In this document: positions 19,202 to 28,189 of the stretch, piece after piece
How positions within the stretch are numbered: the stretch's first letter is position 1
Layout of the letters: every line of letters starts with the position of its first letter
Source: an uncultured virus (IMG/VR IMGVR_UViG_3300037422_000307)
Taxonomy: Duplodnaviria; Heunggongvirae; Uroviricota; Caudoviricetes
Direction: 5' to 3' (one strand)
Virus record (IMG/VR): IMGVR_UViG_3300037422_000307
Span: 1 to 64,000 of that record
Length of the DNA stretch: 64,000 nt
The notes under the pieces: model-generated
Told to the model about the DNA's origin: nothing
The model's input: the letters and a program-made list of their open reading frames with translations, nothing else
Database searches by the model: none
Made by a program: the position numbers and the translations under genes

Positions 19202-19390
19202 ATGAACAGGGAAGCGCAGACCGTCTACCGCTATGCGTGGGCCATCATGGCGATCTTCGTGTGCGTCGTCCTGCTTCTCCAGGTGTTCGGCTTCAAGACG
19301 CAGGCCGTGATGTCCTTCGCCAAGGCCGACGTGGTCATATACCTCGGCATTTTCCTGCTCCTGGTCGAGCGCGTGCTGCCGCGGTCTTGA
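19202..19390 (+). CDS. Small two-TM membrane protein
   Basis: Two hydrophobic segments in 62 aa. Confidence 0.6.
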   Translation: MNREAQTVYRYAWAIMAIFVCVVLLLQVFGFKTQAVMSFAKADVVIYLGIFLLLVERVLPRS

Positions 19391-19408
19391 TCGTCACTCC
19401 GAGGGCGC

Positions 19409-19606
19409 ATGAACCCCGATCATTCCAGAGGACTGCCACGGTGTCCCGCCTGCAAGGAGGTTCTCGCGAGAGAGGAGGACGGCTCGCTGCGATGTCGGAG
19501 AGCTGGGTGTGGCCAGGGATACCTGAAGTCGCACCGCGGAGAGGTGTCGATGGCCGTCTCCACCGACGACATCGTCGTCATCTCCGACCGCCTGCCGCGG
19601 GCGTAG
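19409..19606 (+). CDS. Small zinc-ribbon protein
   Basis: CPAC...CRRAGC. Confidence 0.5.
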   Translation: MNPDHSRGLPRCPACKEVLAREEDGSLRCRRAGCGQGYLKSHRGEVSMAVSTDDIVVISDRLPRA

Positions 19607-19613
19607 ATCTGTC

Positions 19614-19847
19614 ATGGAAAGCCCTCCCGTCAATTTCCACGGCACCTCGGACACGGTCTCCGTGCAGCGCACTCTCGTCCTGCGGAATGATCTGGTCGCG
19701 GCGAGAGAGGAGGAGTCCCGTCGTCGCGCCGCCAGCGCGAGCGAGCTAGAGCGCACGCGACAGGACCTGGTCTCTTGCGCTGGCCGTCAGATGGAGGCCC
19801 TCGGCGACATCAGGATGCGGGAGATCCTCGGGGAGTTCTCGGCCTGA
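19614..19847 (+). CDS. Small hypothetical protein
   Basis: Stop overlaps the RNase HII start (TGATG). Confidence 0.5.
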   Translation: MESPPVNFHGTSDTVSVQRTLVLRNDLVAAREEESRRRAASASELERTRQDLVSCAGRQMEALGDIRMREILGEFSA

Positions 19848-20509
19848 TGCGTCTCGTGGGCATTGACGAGGCAGGCCGGGGTCCCGTTCTGGGGCCCCTG
19901 GTCATGGCCGTCGTCGTGCTCCTTCCTGAGCACGAGCGCGATCTGGCGGCGGCCGGTGTCCGCGACAGCAAGACGTTCGGAAGCGGACCCAAAGCCATGA
20001 AAGTCCGAAAGGACCTGAACACGATCATCAAGGGCGCCTGCGTTGCGTGGGAGATCGTCTCTTTCGACGCCGACGTCGTCGACTCCTACGTGGAGCGAGG
20101 TGGGCTCGATGACCTTGAGCGGGAAGGCGTCGAGAAGCTCCTGGAGAGGGTAGGCGTTCAGCATGATGATCGCGTCGTCTGTGACGGCGAGCCTATCTTC
20201 GGGCGTCTGACTCGCAGGTGGCCGAACCTTCTCGCCGAGAACAGGGCCGATGCGCACCACGTGTCGGTGGCCGCCGCCTCGGTGATCGCCAAGACTCGTC
20301 GAGACGAGGCGATGGACGAGATCCTGCGGAGGTACGAGCCGGAGTTCGGGAGGATCGCTGGCGGCGGCTACGTGAACGACGGAACGCGGCGATTCCTGGA
20401 GGCGTACGAGGCACGGCACGGGAGCCTGCCTCCCGAGGCCCGGAAGTCCTGGCGCTGGAGACGTCCGGTTGACCAGCCGGACATCACCGCCCTTCTGCGA
20501 GGGGAGTAG
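19847..20509 (+). CDS. rnhB: Ribonuclease HII
   Basis: VGIDEAGRGPVLGPLV, VRDSK, VAAASVIAK, GGY. Confidence 0.92.
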   Translation: MRLVGIDEAGRGPVLGPLVMAVVVLLPEHERDLAAAGVRDSKTFGSGPKAMKVRKDLNTIIKGACVAWEIVSFDADVVDSYVERGGLDDLEREGVEKLLERVGVQHDDRVVCDGEPIFGRLTRRWPNLLAENRADAHHVSVAAASVIAKTRRDEAMDEILRRYEPEFGRIAGGGYVNDGTRRFLEAYEARHGSLPPEARKSWRWRRPVDQPDITALLRGE

Positions 20510-20669
20510 CCGTGACGGACGATGCGATGCGCCTGATCCTCGAGTTCGACTCGGACGATCCGAGTTCGTACGTGGATTCGAGGCGGGCCAGCTCTACGGG
20601 CTTCTGTCTCGGCAACCTTCCGAGGCGGTCGGCACCTACCATGTTTAGCAAGACCATCCTGACATTGAC

Positions 20670-21368
20670 GTGACCGCTATCCTCGTCATTCTCGCTATCC
20701 TCGTCGGCGCGCCCATCCGGCACGGCCCGCGAGATCGCCGCGAGATCGCCCTGACGTTCGATGCTTGCCCCACGAGCGACGCGGACGGGTTCGACGAGGC
20801 CGTCGTCGAGGTTCTGCGCCGCGAGGGTGTGGCGGCCACCTTCTTCCTCTCCGGACGGTGGGTGACGAGACATCCCCACGAGGCCCGCACGCTCTCCGCC
20901 TCCTTCGAGATCGCGAATCACGGCCACGTACACGAGGACGGGCGCCAAGCGAGCATGTCCTACGAGGAGGCCCTTGAAGACCTGTCTCGGGCGCAGCGGG
21001 CCATCGAGAAGGTCACGGGTCGTCGGCCGGCTCTCTACCGGCCTCCGGCCGTGAGCTACAACCACGAGATCCTGCGAGCCGCGTCCGCTCTCGGCCTCAC
21101 GACAATCCTGTATGACGTAGCGTCTGGCGATCCAGATCCACGGCTTGCAGCGGACCGCATCGTCCGCTACGTGCTCGGCAGGGCGCGGGCCGGGTCCATC
21201 GTGATCTTCCACGTCAACGGTCGAGGGTGGACGACGGCCGAGACGCTCCCGAAGATCATCGCAGCCCTGCGGGATCGAGGGTATCGCCTCGTCACCGTGT
21301 CGGACCTTCTGAGGGACGAGGCTGCGGCTGCTGAGGCTGGACAAGAAGGCGGTCAAGATCGGCTCTGA
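20670..21368 (+). CDS. Polysaccharide deacetylase (NodB/CE4 family) with hydrophobic N-terminus
   Basis: IALTFDA, ATFFLSG, ANHGHVH, YRPP, IVIFH. Confidence 0.88.
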   Translation: MTAILVILAILVGAPIRHGPRDRREIALTFDACPTSDADGFDEAVVEVLRREGVAATFFLSGRWVTRHPHEARTLSASFEIANHGHVHEDGRQASMSYEEALEDLSRAQRAIEKVTGRRPALYRPPAVSYNHEILRAASALGLTTILYDVASGDPDPRLAADRIVRYVLGRARAGSIVIFHVNGRGWTTAETLPKIIAALRDRGYRLVTVSDLLRDEAAAAEAGQEGGQDRL

Positions 21369-21544
21369 CTTGGCCGACGTACTCGTGCACGTCCGTGGCC
21401 GCGAGGGCACTGTCCTCTTACCAGGAGGCGACGGAGCGCACCGCGCGGATAAGGCACATGTGCTGGATCGAAAGGCCCAAGAGGAGCAAGGCCGACACTC
21501 CCCCCGACGATCTAGCCTATGTTTCCGCGTTGGCAGGATAGACC

Positions 21545-21886
21545 GTGAGCGCTGACCGACAGGAAGACGCAGAACGCCAGGACGTGGCTGTTCGGTCGCG
21601 CTCGTCGCGAGACACGCGTCGACCCAGGATGTGGAAGGTGATCATCATCAACGATGACTTCACGCCCGTCGATTTCGTGATCGCCCTCGTGAGGGCCGTG
21701 TTCAGGCGGGACACGGACGAGGCCACCAGGATCACTATGGAGGTCCACCGCTCGGGCGCGGCCGTGGCAGGCGTCTACACGCGAGAGATCGCCGAGACCA
21801 AGTGCGCCGTCGTGGTTGGTTTGGCGAGGGAAGCAGGACATCCGCTCATGGCCACGATGGAACCCGAAGAGAACGTTGAGGATTGA
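21545..21886 (+). CDS. clpS: ATP-dependent Clp protease adaptor ClpS
   Basis: WKVIIINDDFTPVDFV...MEVHRSGAAVAGVYTREIAETK. Confidence 0.92.
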   Translation: MSADRQEDAERQDVAVRSRSSRDTRRPRMWKVIIINDDFTPVDFVIALVRAVFRRDTDEATRITMEVHRSGAAVAGVYTREIAETKCAVVVGLAREAGHPLMATMEPEENVED

Positions 21887-22487
21887 CAGAGCGATCAGGG
21901 GCGGACACTCTGCACTGGTGCGCGGCCGTCTACCGGAGGCCATTCTCACAGCTTGTCCCGAATGCGGTCAGACTTATGATCGTTGGCGTGGGAATCAGCG
22001 ATTTTGTTCCCGACTGTGCAAGAACAGGTTCTACGATAAACACCGCTCTGTCCGAACAGAGCGTGCGGCAACTTGTGTTGAGTGTGGTCAAATGTTTCAA
22101 ACGAGGCGAGGTCGTGCTCGATTCTGCTCTTACTCTTGTTCTGCGAAGAATAAGTGGAGAGAAGGCAAATTTCAGCCGGTCTCTGGTGCGGGCCATCCCT
22201 TGTGGCGCGGGGGTGGTGGGGTGGCCCTCCTTCGACGACGTTGCCGAAGATATGGCATATCGGTCGAAGAGTATGAGGCTCGGTATGCACTTTGCGGTGG
22301 AGTGTGTGAGATCTGCAAGGAACCGTGTTCGACCGGAAGGGCACTCGCTGTGGATCACGATCATGATTCGGGCGCTGTTCGCGGGCTTTTGTGTTCAGCC
22401 TGCAACTTCGGAGTAGGGATCTTTCGCGAGGCGCCAGATCGTCTAGAAGCCGCGGCCGAGTACCTACGCAAGCACAAGACTCGGTAA
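21816..22487 (+). CDS. Endonuclease VII-like (His-Me finger) endonuclease with N-terminal zinc fingers; start uncertain
   Basis: YGISVEEY...CEIC...LAVDHDH..GAVRGLLCSACN; two CxxC...FCSxxC fingers; lower GC than neighbours. Confidence 0.82.
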   Translation: MVWRGKQDIRSWPRWNPKRTLRIDRAIRGGHSALVRGRLPEAILTACPECGQTYDRWRGNQRFCSRLCKNRFYDKHRSVRTERAATCVECGQMFQTRRGRARFCSYSCSAKNKWREGKFQPVSGAGHPLWRGGGGVALLRRRCRRYGISVEEYEARYALCGGVCEICKEPCSTGRALAVDHDHDSGAVRGLLCSACNFGVGIFREAPDRLEAAAEYLRKHKTR

Positions 22488-22511
22488 TTGGGGTATGGCA
22501 AAAGGTCAGAC

Positions 22512-23258
22512 ATGACTGAGTCCTTCAGGCTCCGAGACGGCTCAACGGTTCGTGACTCACGGCTTACACGGCTCAAACAGTTCGACGAACGGTCGCGCAG
22601 GTACCCAGTGAAGGCGACGGTCTCGGCCACCAAGCCGAGAAGCTACACATGGCCCTGCGCGCAGCACCTTGACCAGGGCAAAGAGGGTGCTTGCGTTGGG
22701 GCATCTGTCACGCATGAGTTGATTGCCCGGCCTGTCGAGGTCCAGGGACTCGACATGAAGTTCGCAAAGGAGAAGATCTACTGGGAGGCCCAGAAGATCG
22801 ACGAGTGGGAGGGTGGCAGCTATCCAAGCGCGAACCCGGTCTACGAGGGCACGTCCGTTCTCGCCGGAATGAAGGTTGCGAAGAAACTCGGCTACATCAC
22901 CGAGTACAGGTGGGCCTTTGGCCTCGACGATCTCGTCATGGCCGTGGGTCATCGAGGGCCTGCCGTCCTGGGCCTGGTCTGGTACGACGGGATGTTTGAG
23001 CCGTACCCCTGCGGGCACCTCCACGTCGAGGGCGACGTCGCGGGCGGCCACGCCATCCTGTGCAAGGGCGTGAACGTGGAGGACCGCTACTTCGTCGTCC
23101 ACAACTCGTGGGGGCTTGGCTGGGGTCGTGGGGGGGATGCCAGGATCACCTGGGCCGAGATGGACCGGCTCCTTCACGAGGAGGGCGAAGCTTGCATCCC
23201 GACGCAGCGGGGCAAGGGCATCGCGGGCGCCCTCAAGGGTCTCTTCAAGCCTCGCTGA
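22512..23258 (+). CDS. Papain-like (C1) cysteine peptidase
   Basis: DQGKEGAC, GGHAI, NSWG..WG catalytic motifs. Confidence 0.85.
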   Translation: MTESFRLRDGSTVRDSRLTRLKQFDERSRRYPVKATVSATKPRSYTWPCAQHLDQGKEGACVGASVTHELIARPVEVQGLDMKFAKEKIYWEAQKIDEWEGGSYPSANPVYEGTSVLAGMKVAKKLGYITEYRWAFGLDDLVMAVGHRGPAVLGLVWYDGMFEPYPCGHLHVEGDVAGGHAILCKGVNVEDRYFVVHNSWGLGWGRGGDARITWAEMDRLLHEEGEACIPTQRGKGIAGALKGLFKPR

Positions 23259-23531
23259 CGACGGTGTGCAATCGGGGCATGCTCCATGACTGGCCATGGG
23301 GGATCCGTTCAACCACGGCACGCCGGAGAAGTTCGTCGACCCGGGCCGGCCTTCTCAGGATGAGTCACGCCGTGCACCTGTCTCCCGACACCGCGATCCC
23401 TTGACGGCGGTCTCTGTATCTGGCATGGTCCACACACCGCATCCTCCGTAGGACCGCGGCTGCTGAATCTTACCGACTCCTGCCGGCCTATCTCCCGCTG
23501 CGGAGTGGGACCGCGACGCGGAGATTCAGCG

Positions 23532-23756
23532 ATGTCCGGAACAAGGAAAGTACGACTCACGCCACGCGAGGACGAGCTGTTCGCCATCGCTTGGTATCTC
23601 ATTCAGGCCCAGAACGGCTCCGAGAAGGACCGTCACATTCAGTGGGCGCGCTACCACCTGTGGCGCGTTACGCAGGGACTCTTCGTTCATCAAGATCTGG
23701 TGGGCAACATCCACCATGTTTTCTGCGAGGCGTTCGGGGAGGGCTGTGATGACTAG
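23532..23756 (+). CDS. Small hypothetical protein
   Basis: GGAG RBS; overlaps the rtcB start. Confidence 0.5.
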   Translation: MSGTRKVRLTPREDELFAIAWYLIQAQNGSEKDRHIQWARYHLWRVTQGLFVHQDLVGNIHHVFCEAFGEGCDD

Positions 23757-25143
23757 CCTTGACCGCATCGCCCGCGCGCTCCGACGTGACGGCGTCGAGA
23801 TCGAGATGGATGGATCAATCTACAGGATCCGGCGAGCAGGGCACGAGGGTCCGTTCGCCGAGGTCCTGCTCCCTAAGGGCTTCCCGCTCGAGACCAAGGC
23901 CGTCGTGCAGCTCGCGGCATTCGCTTCCGCGCGCCATCCAAATGGGGGTCACGTGTGCCATGCCTGTGCCACGCCCGACTTCCACCCTGGCAACGGTGTG
24001 CCTGTCGGGTCCGTCGTGGCCACCTCGCTCGACTTGGCCATCCCCTCTGCCATAGGGACAGACATTAACTGCGGGATGCGGATGCACGCGACGGGACTTT
24101 CCGTGGATCGGTTCCTCGCGGAGAAGCGCCGTCTCGTGGACGTGCTGCGCGGAGACCTGCTCCTCGGTACGCGCGACTTGCCCATGACCGGCGTCTCCAT
24201 GCGCGCCATGTTCGACGGAGGTGAACCCGATTGGCTGGACGCCGTGCTGGACCGTCCCCTCGGAATGCTGGCCCGTTCCGACCTCGGCCAGATCGGGAGA
24301 GAGATCGGAAACGGCTATCGAGGCCGGTGGAGCTGGGCCCCCGAGGGACTCGTCGACGATGGCAGAGAAATCGTGCGCGACGGAGCGCTTGGCACGGTGG
24401 GTGGAGGGAACCACTTCGTGGAATTCCAGGTGGTCGATGATGTCGCGGACGGCGGTCTCGCCCGCGCATGGGGCCTGAAGAACGGCGAAGTGGTCTTTAT
24501 GGTTCACACCGGATCTCGGACCGTCGGGAAAGCAGTCGGGACTCGGTGGTCCGAGATCGCGCGGGAGCACTGGCCGTCAACGGTAAGACGACCAGACGTC
24601 CTCCCTCTGTACGGGGCTGACGTCGACGGGTACGTCGAGGCCATGAATACCGCTGCGAACTACGGCGCGGTCAACCGACTCCTGATCGCCGAGATCGTCC
24701 GTCTACGGCTGCGGGAGATTCACGGGGACATAGGGGTTACCCTCGTGCACGATGCTCCCCACAATCTCGTCTTCCGCGAGGGAGACATGCTCGTCCATCG
24801 GAAGGGAGCTACTCCCGCTCACGCCGGACAACCCGTGCTGATCCCTGGATCCATGGGGCAGCCCTCGTACGTTCTTGTCGGTCGCGGCAACGGGCGATAC
24901 CTCTCTTCCGCGTCCCACGGGGCTGGTCGCGCGGTCACTCGCTTCGAGATGGGACGGCGCCAGAGAGCCGGAGACGATCTGGGTCTCGATGGGGTTGATT
25001 GCGTGACATTGAGAGAGGAACGGAGGATCGAAGAGGCTCCCTCGGCCTACAAGGACATTGGGCCCGTCGTTTCGGTGCAGGTCGAGCACGGCCTCGTCGC
25101 TCCTGTGGTTCGGACACGGCCGCTGGTGACATTCAAAGCCTAG
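23749..25143 (+). CDS. rtcB: RtcB-family RNA ligase
   Basis: PDFHPG, GTDINCG, GGGNHFVE, HTGSR, HRKGAT, PGSMG, SHGAGR, EEAPSAYK. Confidence 0.93.
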   Translation: MTSLDRIARALRRDGVEIEMDGSIYRIRRAGHEGPFAEVLLPKGFPLETKAVVQLAAFASARHPNGGHVCHACATPDFHPGNGVPVGSVVATSLDLAIPSAIGTDINCGMRMHATGLSVDRFLAEKRRLVDVLRGDLLLGTRDLPMTGVSMRAMFDGGEPDWLDAVLDRPLGMLARSDLGQIGREIGNGYRGRWSWAPEGLVDDGREIVRDGALGTVGGGNHFVEFQVVDDVADGGLARAWGLKNGEVVFMVHTGSRTVGKAVGTRWSEIAREHWPSTVRRPDVLPLYGADVDGYVEAMNTAANYGAVNRLLIAEIVRLRLREIHGDIGVTLVHDAPHNLVFREGDMLVHRKGATPAHAGQPVLIPGSMGQPSYVLVGRGNGRYLSSASHGAGRAVTRFEMGRRQRAGDDLGLDGVDCVTLREERRIEEAPSAYKDIGPVVSVQVEHGLVAPVVRTRPLVTFKA

Positions 25144-25178
25144 ACACGGTTTTCCTTCTATCCGCGAGGTCTTGGGGG

Positions 25179-25727
25179 ATGGGACTCATCATGCTCAGGG
25201 ATGACGACATCGAGCTGGCATCGTGGACCAGGTTCCATGACGAGGATCTCGAGAAGTTCGGCAGAAACGCCGCGGCTATGCTCGCGGACGCCGAGAAGTG
25301 GGCTCGCGACGCTGGCTACGTCATCAAGCCCAAAACGTCGTTCTTCGGGTCACGCTTCTCGAAGATGACGACCACGTACTACAAAGAGATCCGAGTCGGT
25401 GACGGATGGGCCGGGTACACCCCCCCGAAGAAGGCAAGCATCCTCAAGCATGAGATCGTCCATGCAAAGCAGTGGAGGCACTACGGCAGGGGGACCTTCG
25501 GTGCGCGTTACATCTTCAGCGCTCGGTTTCGCTGGGCCATGGAAGTGCAGGCGTACCGCGAGAGCGTGAGAGCCTATCGTACGTTGGGCGCGAAGGAATC
25601 GTGGCTGAGGACGTACGCCACCAAGGACGTCCCCGATATCCTGTGGCAGAACTACATGCTCGGCGTGCTCCGCAAGGGAGACGTCTACGAACACACTGCC
25701 AAGATCCTGCTGCGCGAAGCAGCTTGA
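25179..25727 (+). CDS. Putative zincin-like metallopeptidase
   Basis: HEIVH motif followed by EVQAY; preceded by promoter-like motif at 25150. Confidence 0.6.
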   Translation: MGLIMLRDDDIELASWTRFHDEDLEKFGRNAAAMLADAEKWARDAGYVIKPKTSFFGSRFSKMTTTYYKEIRVGDGWAGYTPPKKASILKHEIVHAKQWRHYGRGTFGARYIFSARFRWAMEVQAYRESVRAYRTLGAKESWLRTYATKDVPDILWQNYMLGVLRKGDVYEHTAKILLREAA

Positions 25728-25735
25728 GGAGTTCC

Positions 25736-26140
25736 ATGTTCGACCGCACAGCGAAGAAGATGAGCGTCATTGATCTCCTCGACATACCTGCGGCCGGGGA
25801 GAAGGTCACGAAACCGTCTGCCCTAACGAAGTCAGGCAGCGCGGTGGCTCGGACGATTCTCGACCAGATGGGAGGCATGCGGCGCTTGGCCCTGATGCTG
25901 GGTATGTCGGCGCATGCCGTGGAGATGGCACCTCGTGGAGTTGCGTTCAAGTGGCCAAACCGGCAGACGTCGCGGGGGAACAAAGTGCGAATCGACCTGA
26001 CGCCGGCCGACACCTACACCATGACGTTCCTCAGCTCGACAGCGCATGGCGAGAAGCCCGTCAAGGTGTACCGGGACGTCTACGCAGAGGACCTAGTTCC
26101 GATCTTCGAGAAGCAGACTGGGTGGTACCTGAGGCTGTAA
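25736..26140 (+). CDS. Hypothetical phage protein
   Basis: GAGGAG RBS; TILDQMGG...DVYAEDL..IFEKQTG. Confidence 0.7.
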   Translation: MFDRTAKKMSVIDLLDIPAAGEKVTKPSALTKSGSAVARTILDQMGGMRRLALMLGMSAHAVEMAPRGVAFKWPNRQTSRGNKVRIDLTPADTYTMTFLSSTAHGEKPVKVYRDVYAEDLVPIFEKQTGWYLRL

Positions 26141-26811
26141 TGGCAACCTTCGACCCATCCCGCGCGGCACTCGTCGACGGGAGCGGAGAAGCGCCCGTAT
26201 GGCGAGGGAACCTGCCGATCAACGCGCGGAATCAGATCGCGTATCACGAGCTGGTCAACACCCTCGGTCTAGATGTCGGAGATTCTCTGATCGACGTCAG
26301 CCTCATCGACAATGTGGAAGGGTCGGAGAGGGCGCAGTGGCTTGTCGAGATGGCTGCCTTTGGGATCGACGTGGACAGTGAATTCCCCTCGGGTCCGAAC
26401 GTGCCTCCGCAGTGGAATCAGTCTTCGTGGAATCCAGGCCGTCTCCTCGGTGATTGTGTGCGGCAGGTAGGGGGGACACCCCCGGGTCACATCGTCTGGT
26501 GGCCCATCGAGGGCGGCACGACACCGGATGTTCTCGGGCCAGACCCGCGGAGCTACAACTTCGTGGGACTCATCGAGTATCTGGGGATTCTTCGGAACAG
26601 GAGAGGCTCGATCGTCTACTTCCACTGCATGAACGGCTCGGATCGTACGGGAGCGGTTGTCGCCGGGTATGCGATGCGATGGATGGGAGCCTCCCTGGCG
26701 AAGGCCGTTGTTCTTGCGAATCGGGTCGCAGCCGCGGGTCAGATGAGTCATCCATACAGTCAGCTCGTGGAGACGTACGCGAAGTGGATCTCCGAGAATC
26801 CTCCAACGTAG
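26140..26811 (+). CDS. Cys-based (PTP/DSP-like) phosphatase
   Basis: TAATG coupling; YFHCMNGSDRTG = HCX5R motif. Confidence 0.8.
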   Translation: MATFDPSRAALVDGSGEAPVWRGNLPINARNQIAYHELVNTLGLDVGDSLIDVSLIDNVEGSERAQWLVEMAAFGIDVDSEFPSGPNVPPQWNQSSWNPGRLLGDCVRQVGGTPPGHIVWWPIEGGTTPDVLGPDPRSYNFVGLIEYLGILRNRRGSIVYFHCMNGSDRTGAVVAGYAMRWMGASLAKAVVLANRVAAAGQMSHPYSQLVETYAKWISENPPT

Positions 26812-26904
26812 CCCGCGTGGTGGAGCGCTGGATCGACCGGACGCGTCTGGTCCCAGCCGCGCTACCCGCTAACTGTTGCCCTTACCCGAGGGATAGCGTG
26901 GGCG

Positions 26905-27474
26905 ATGAGCAGGATTGTCTCGCGGGCTGATCTCGTGAGGAGGTACCCCGCCGCGGTGTTGGAGGACTTCGTCCCTACCCATCGCGTCGTGCTCCTCGAC
27001 ACGAGGACCAACTGTGTTCTCTGCGAAGACGTCGTTCGACTCGGGCCCGCAGACGACCGTGGGGTGAGATTCGCTGAGACTCCAGAAGGGCGAGCCGTGT
27101 ACGCCGTCATCCCCGGTGGAAAATGGCAGTGTCTCGATCAGCACGGTCACGTCCAGGAGGAGGCAATCTTGTACCGGCAGGACTACGTGCGACCTGCAGA
27201 TCGGGATGGCTTCGTCTACTTTGTGCAGGCCGGTCACGAGGGACCGATCAAGATCGGTTGGTCGCAAGACGTTCCTCGGCGGCTTGGGGAGCTGCAGGTC
27301 GCGAACGCAGCGAGGCTTTTTCTGATCGCTGCTGTCCCTGGTAAGAGGAGCGACGAGGCCGCGACTCACGAGCGCTTCGCGCATCTCAGGCTCGGTGCGG
27401 AGTGGTTCCGCGATGATCCAGAGATCCACGAATATCTCCGCGTGCGCGGTGATCCTCCAATAAGAGATCCCTGA
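26905..27474 (+). CDS. GIY-YIG-like (T5orf172/MUG113) domain protein
   Basis: FVYFVQ...IKIGWS..V.RRL.ELQ...EWF. Confidence 0.8.
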   Translation: MSRIVSRADLVRRYPAAVLEDFVPTHRVVLLDTRTNCVLCEDVVRLGPADDRGVRFAETPEGRAVYAVIPGGKWQCLDQHGHVQEEAILYRQDYVRPADRDGFVYFVQAGHEGPIKIGWSQDVPRRLGELQVANAARLFLIAAVPGKRSDEAATHERFAHLRLGAEWFRDDPEIHEYLRVRGDPPIRDP

Positions 27475-27483
27475 AGACAGGAC

Positions 27484-27822
27484 ATGGCGTCCGAGAGAAA
27501 CGCGGCGTCTCCGAGCGCTGGATGGGTCCCGAGACTGGTCCTTGCCTACTCGACGAATCCCGTGCTTGATGCGAAGGATCCCGTCGACGTCGAGTTCGAC
27601 CCGTATTGTCCGTCCAACGGGTGGTCCGCGAACTGGCTTTGGAGACAGGTCGAGTTGACGTCGCCTCCTGGCTCACAGGGCAACTTCAAGATTCGTGGAG
27701 GCTACGACTACAGGGAGCCGTACCGGAGGCCTTGTCGCGCAGACCCACACAGTATCTGCCCAGGGGATTGGTTCGTGGATGAGGAGGGCGAGATTCTCAT
27801 CCGTGGAGAGAAGGGCAGGTAG
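27484..27822 (+). CDS. Hypothetical protein
   Basis: 112-aa ORF tiling with neighbours. Confidence 0.5.
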   Translation: MASERNAASPSAGWVPRLVLAYSTNPVLDAKDPVDVEFDPYCPSNGWSANWLWRQVELTSPPGSQGNFKIRGGYDYREPYRRPCRADPHSICPGDWFVDEEGEILIRGEKGR

Positions 27823-27823
27823 A

Positions 27824-28150
27824 ATGCCACCTCAGAGGCTGATGTCTGATCCACAACACACAACGGTCATGGTCGAGCCCTCCATTCGGTTCGGTTCGTT
27901 CGCGAACGCGTTCCGTGTGGTTGACGAGGTTGGGCCGGATTGCTTCTTGGATTTCCTCGTGTACTCGGCAGCCGAGCGTGAGGCGACTGTGGTTGCCAGG
28001 ATTCGCGTGCGCCGGGACTTTCTGGGAGCGATCCGGGAGAGGCTGGCGGAGGCCATGCTGGAGTTCAACGGCGAGCAGATTGCCGCCGAAACCAGTATTG
28101 CCTTCCGCCAGGGCGGAGACAGCGCTGTACGGGACCGATCGTGCGGGTAA
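27824..28150 (+). CDS. Hypothetical protein
   Basis: Tiles with neighbours; FANAFRV...FLDFL. Confidence 0.55.
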   Translation: MPPQRLMSDPQHTTVMVEPSIRFGSFANAFRVVDEVGPDCFLDFLVYSAAEREATVVARIRVRRDFLGAIRERLAEAMLEFNGEQIAAETSIAFRQGGDSAVRDRSCG

Positions 28151-28189
28151 TGTGACGCAGATCGGCTCGCGACGAGCCGGGTGCGAACC

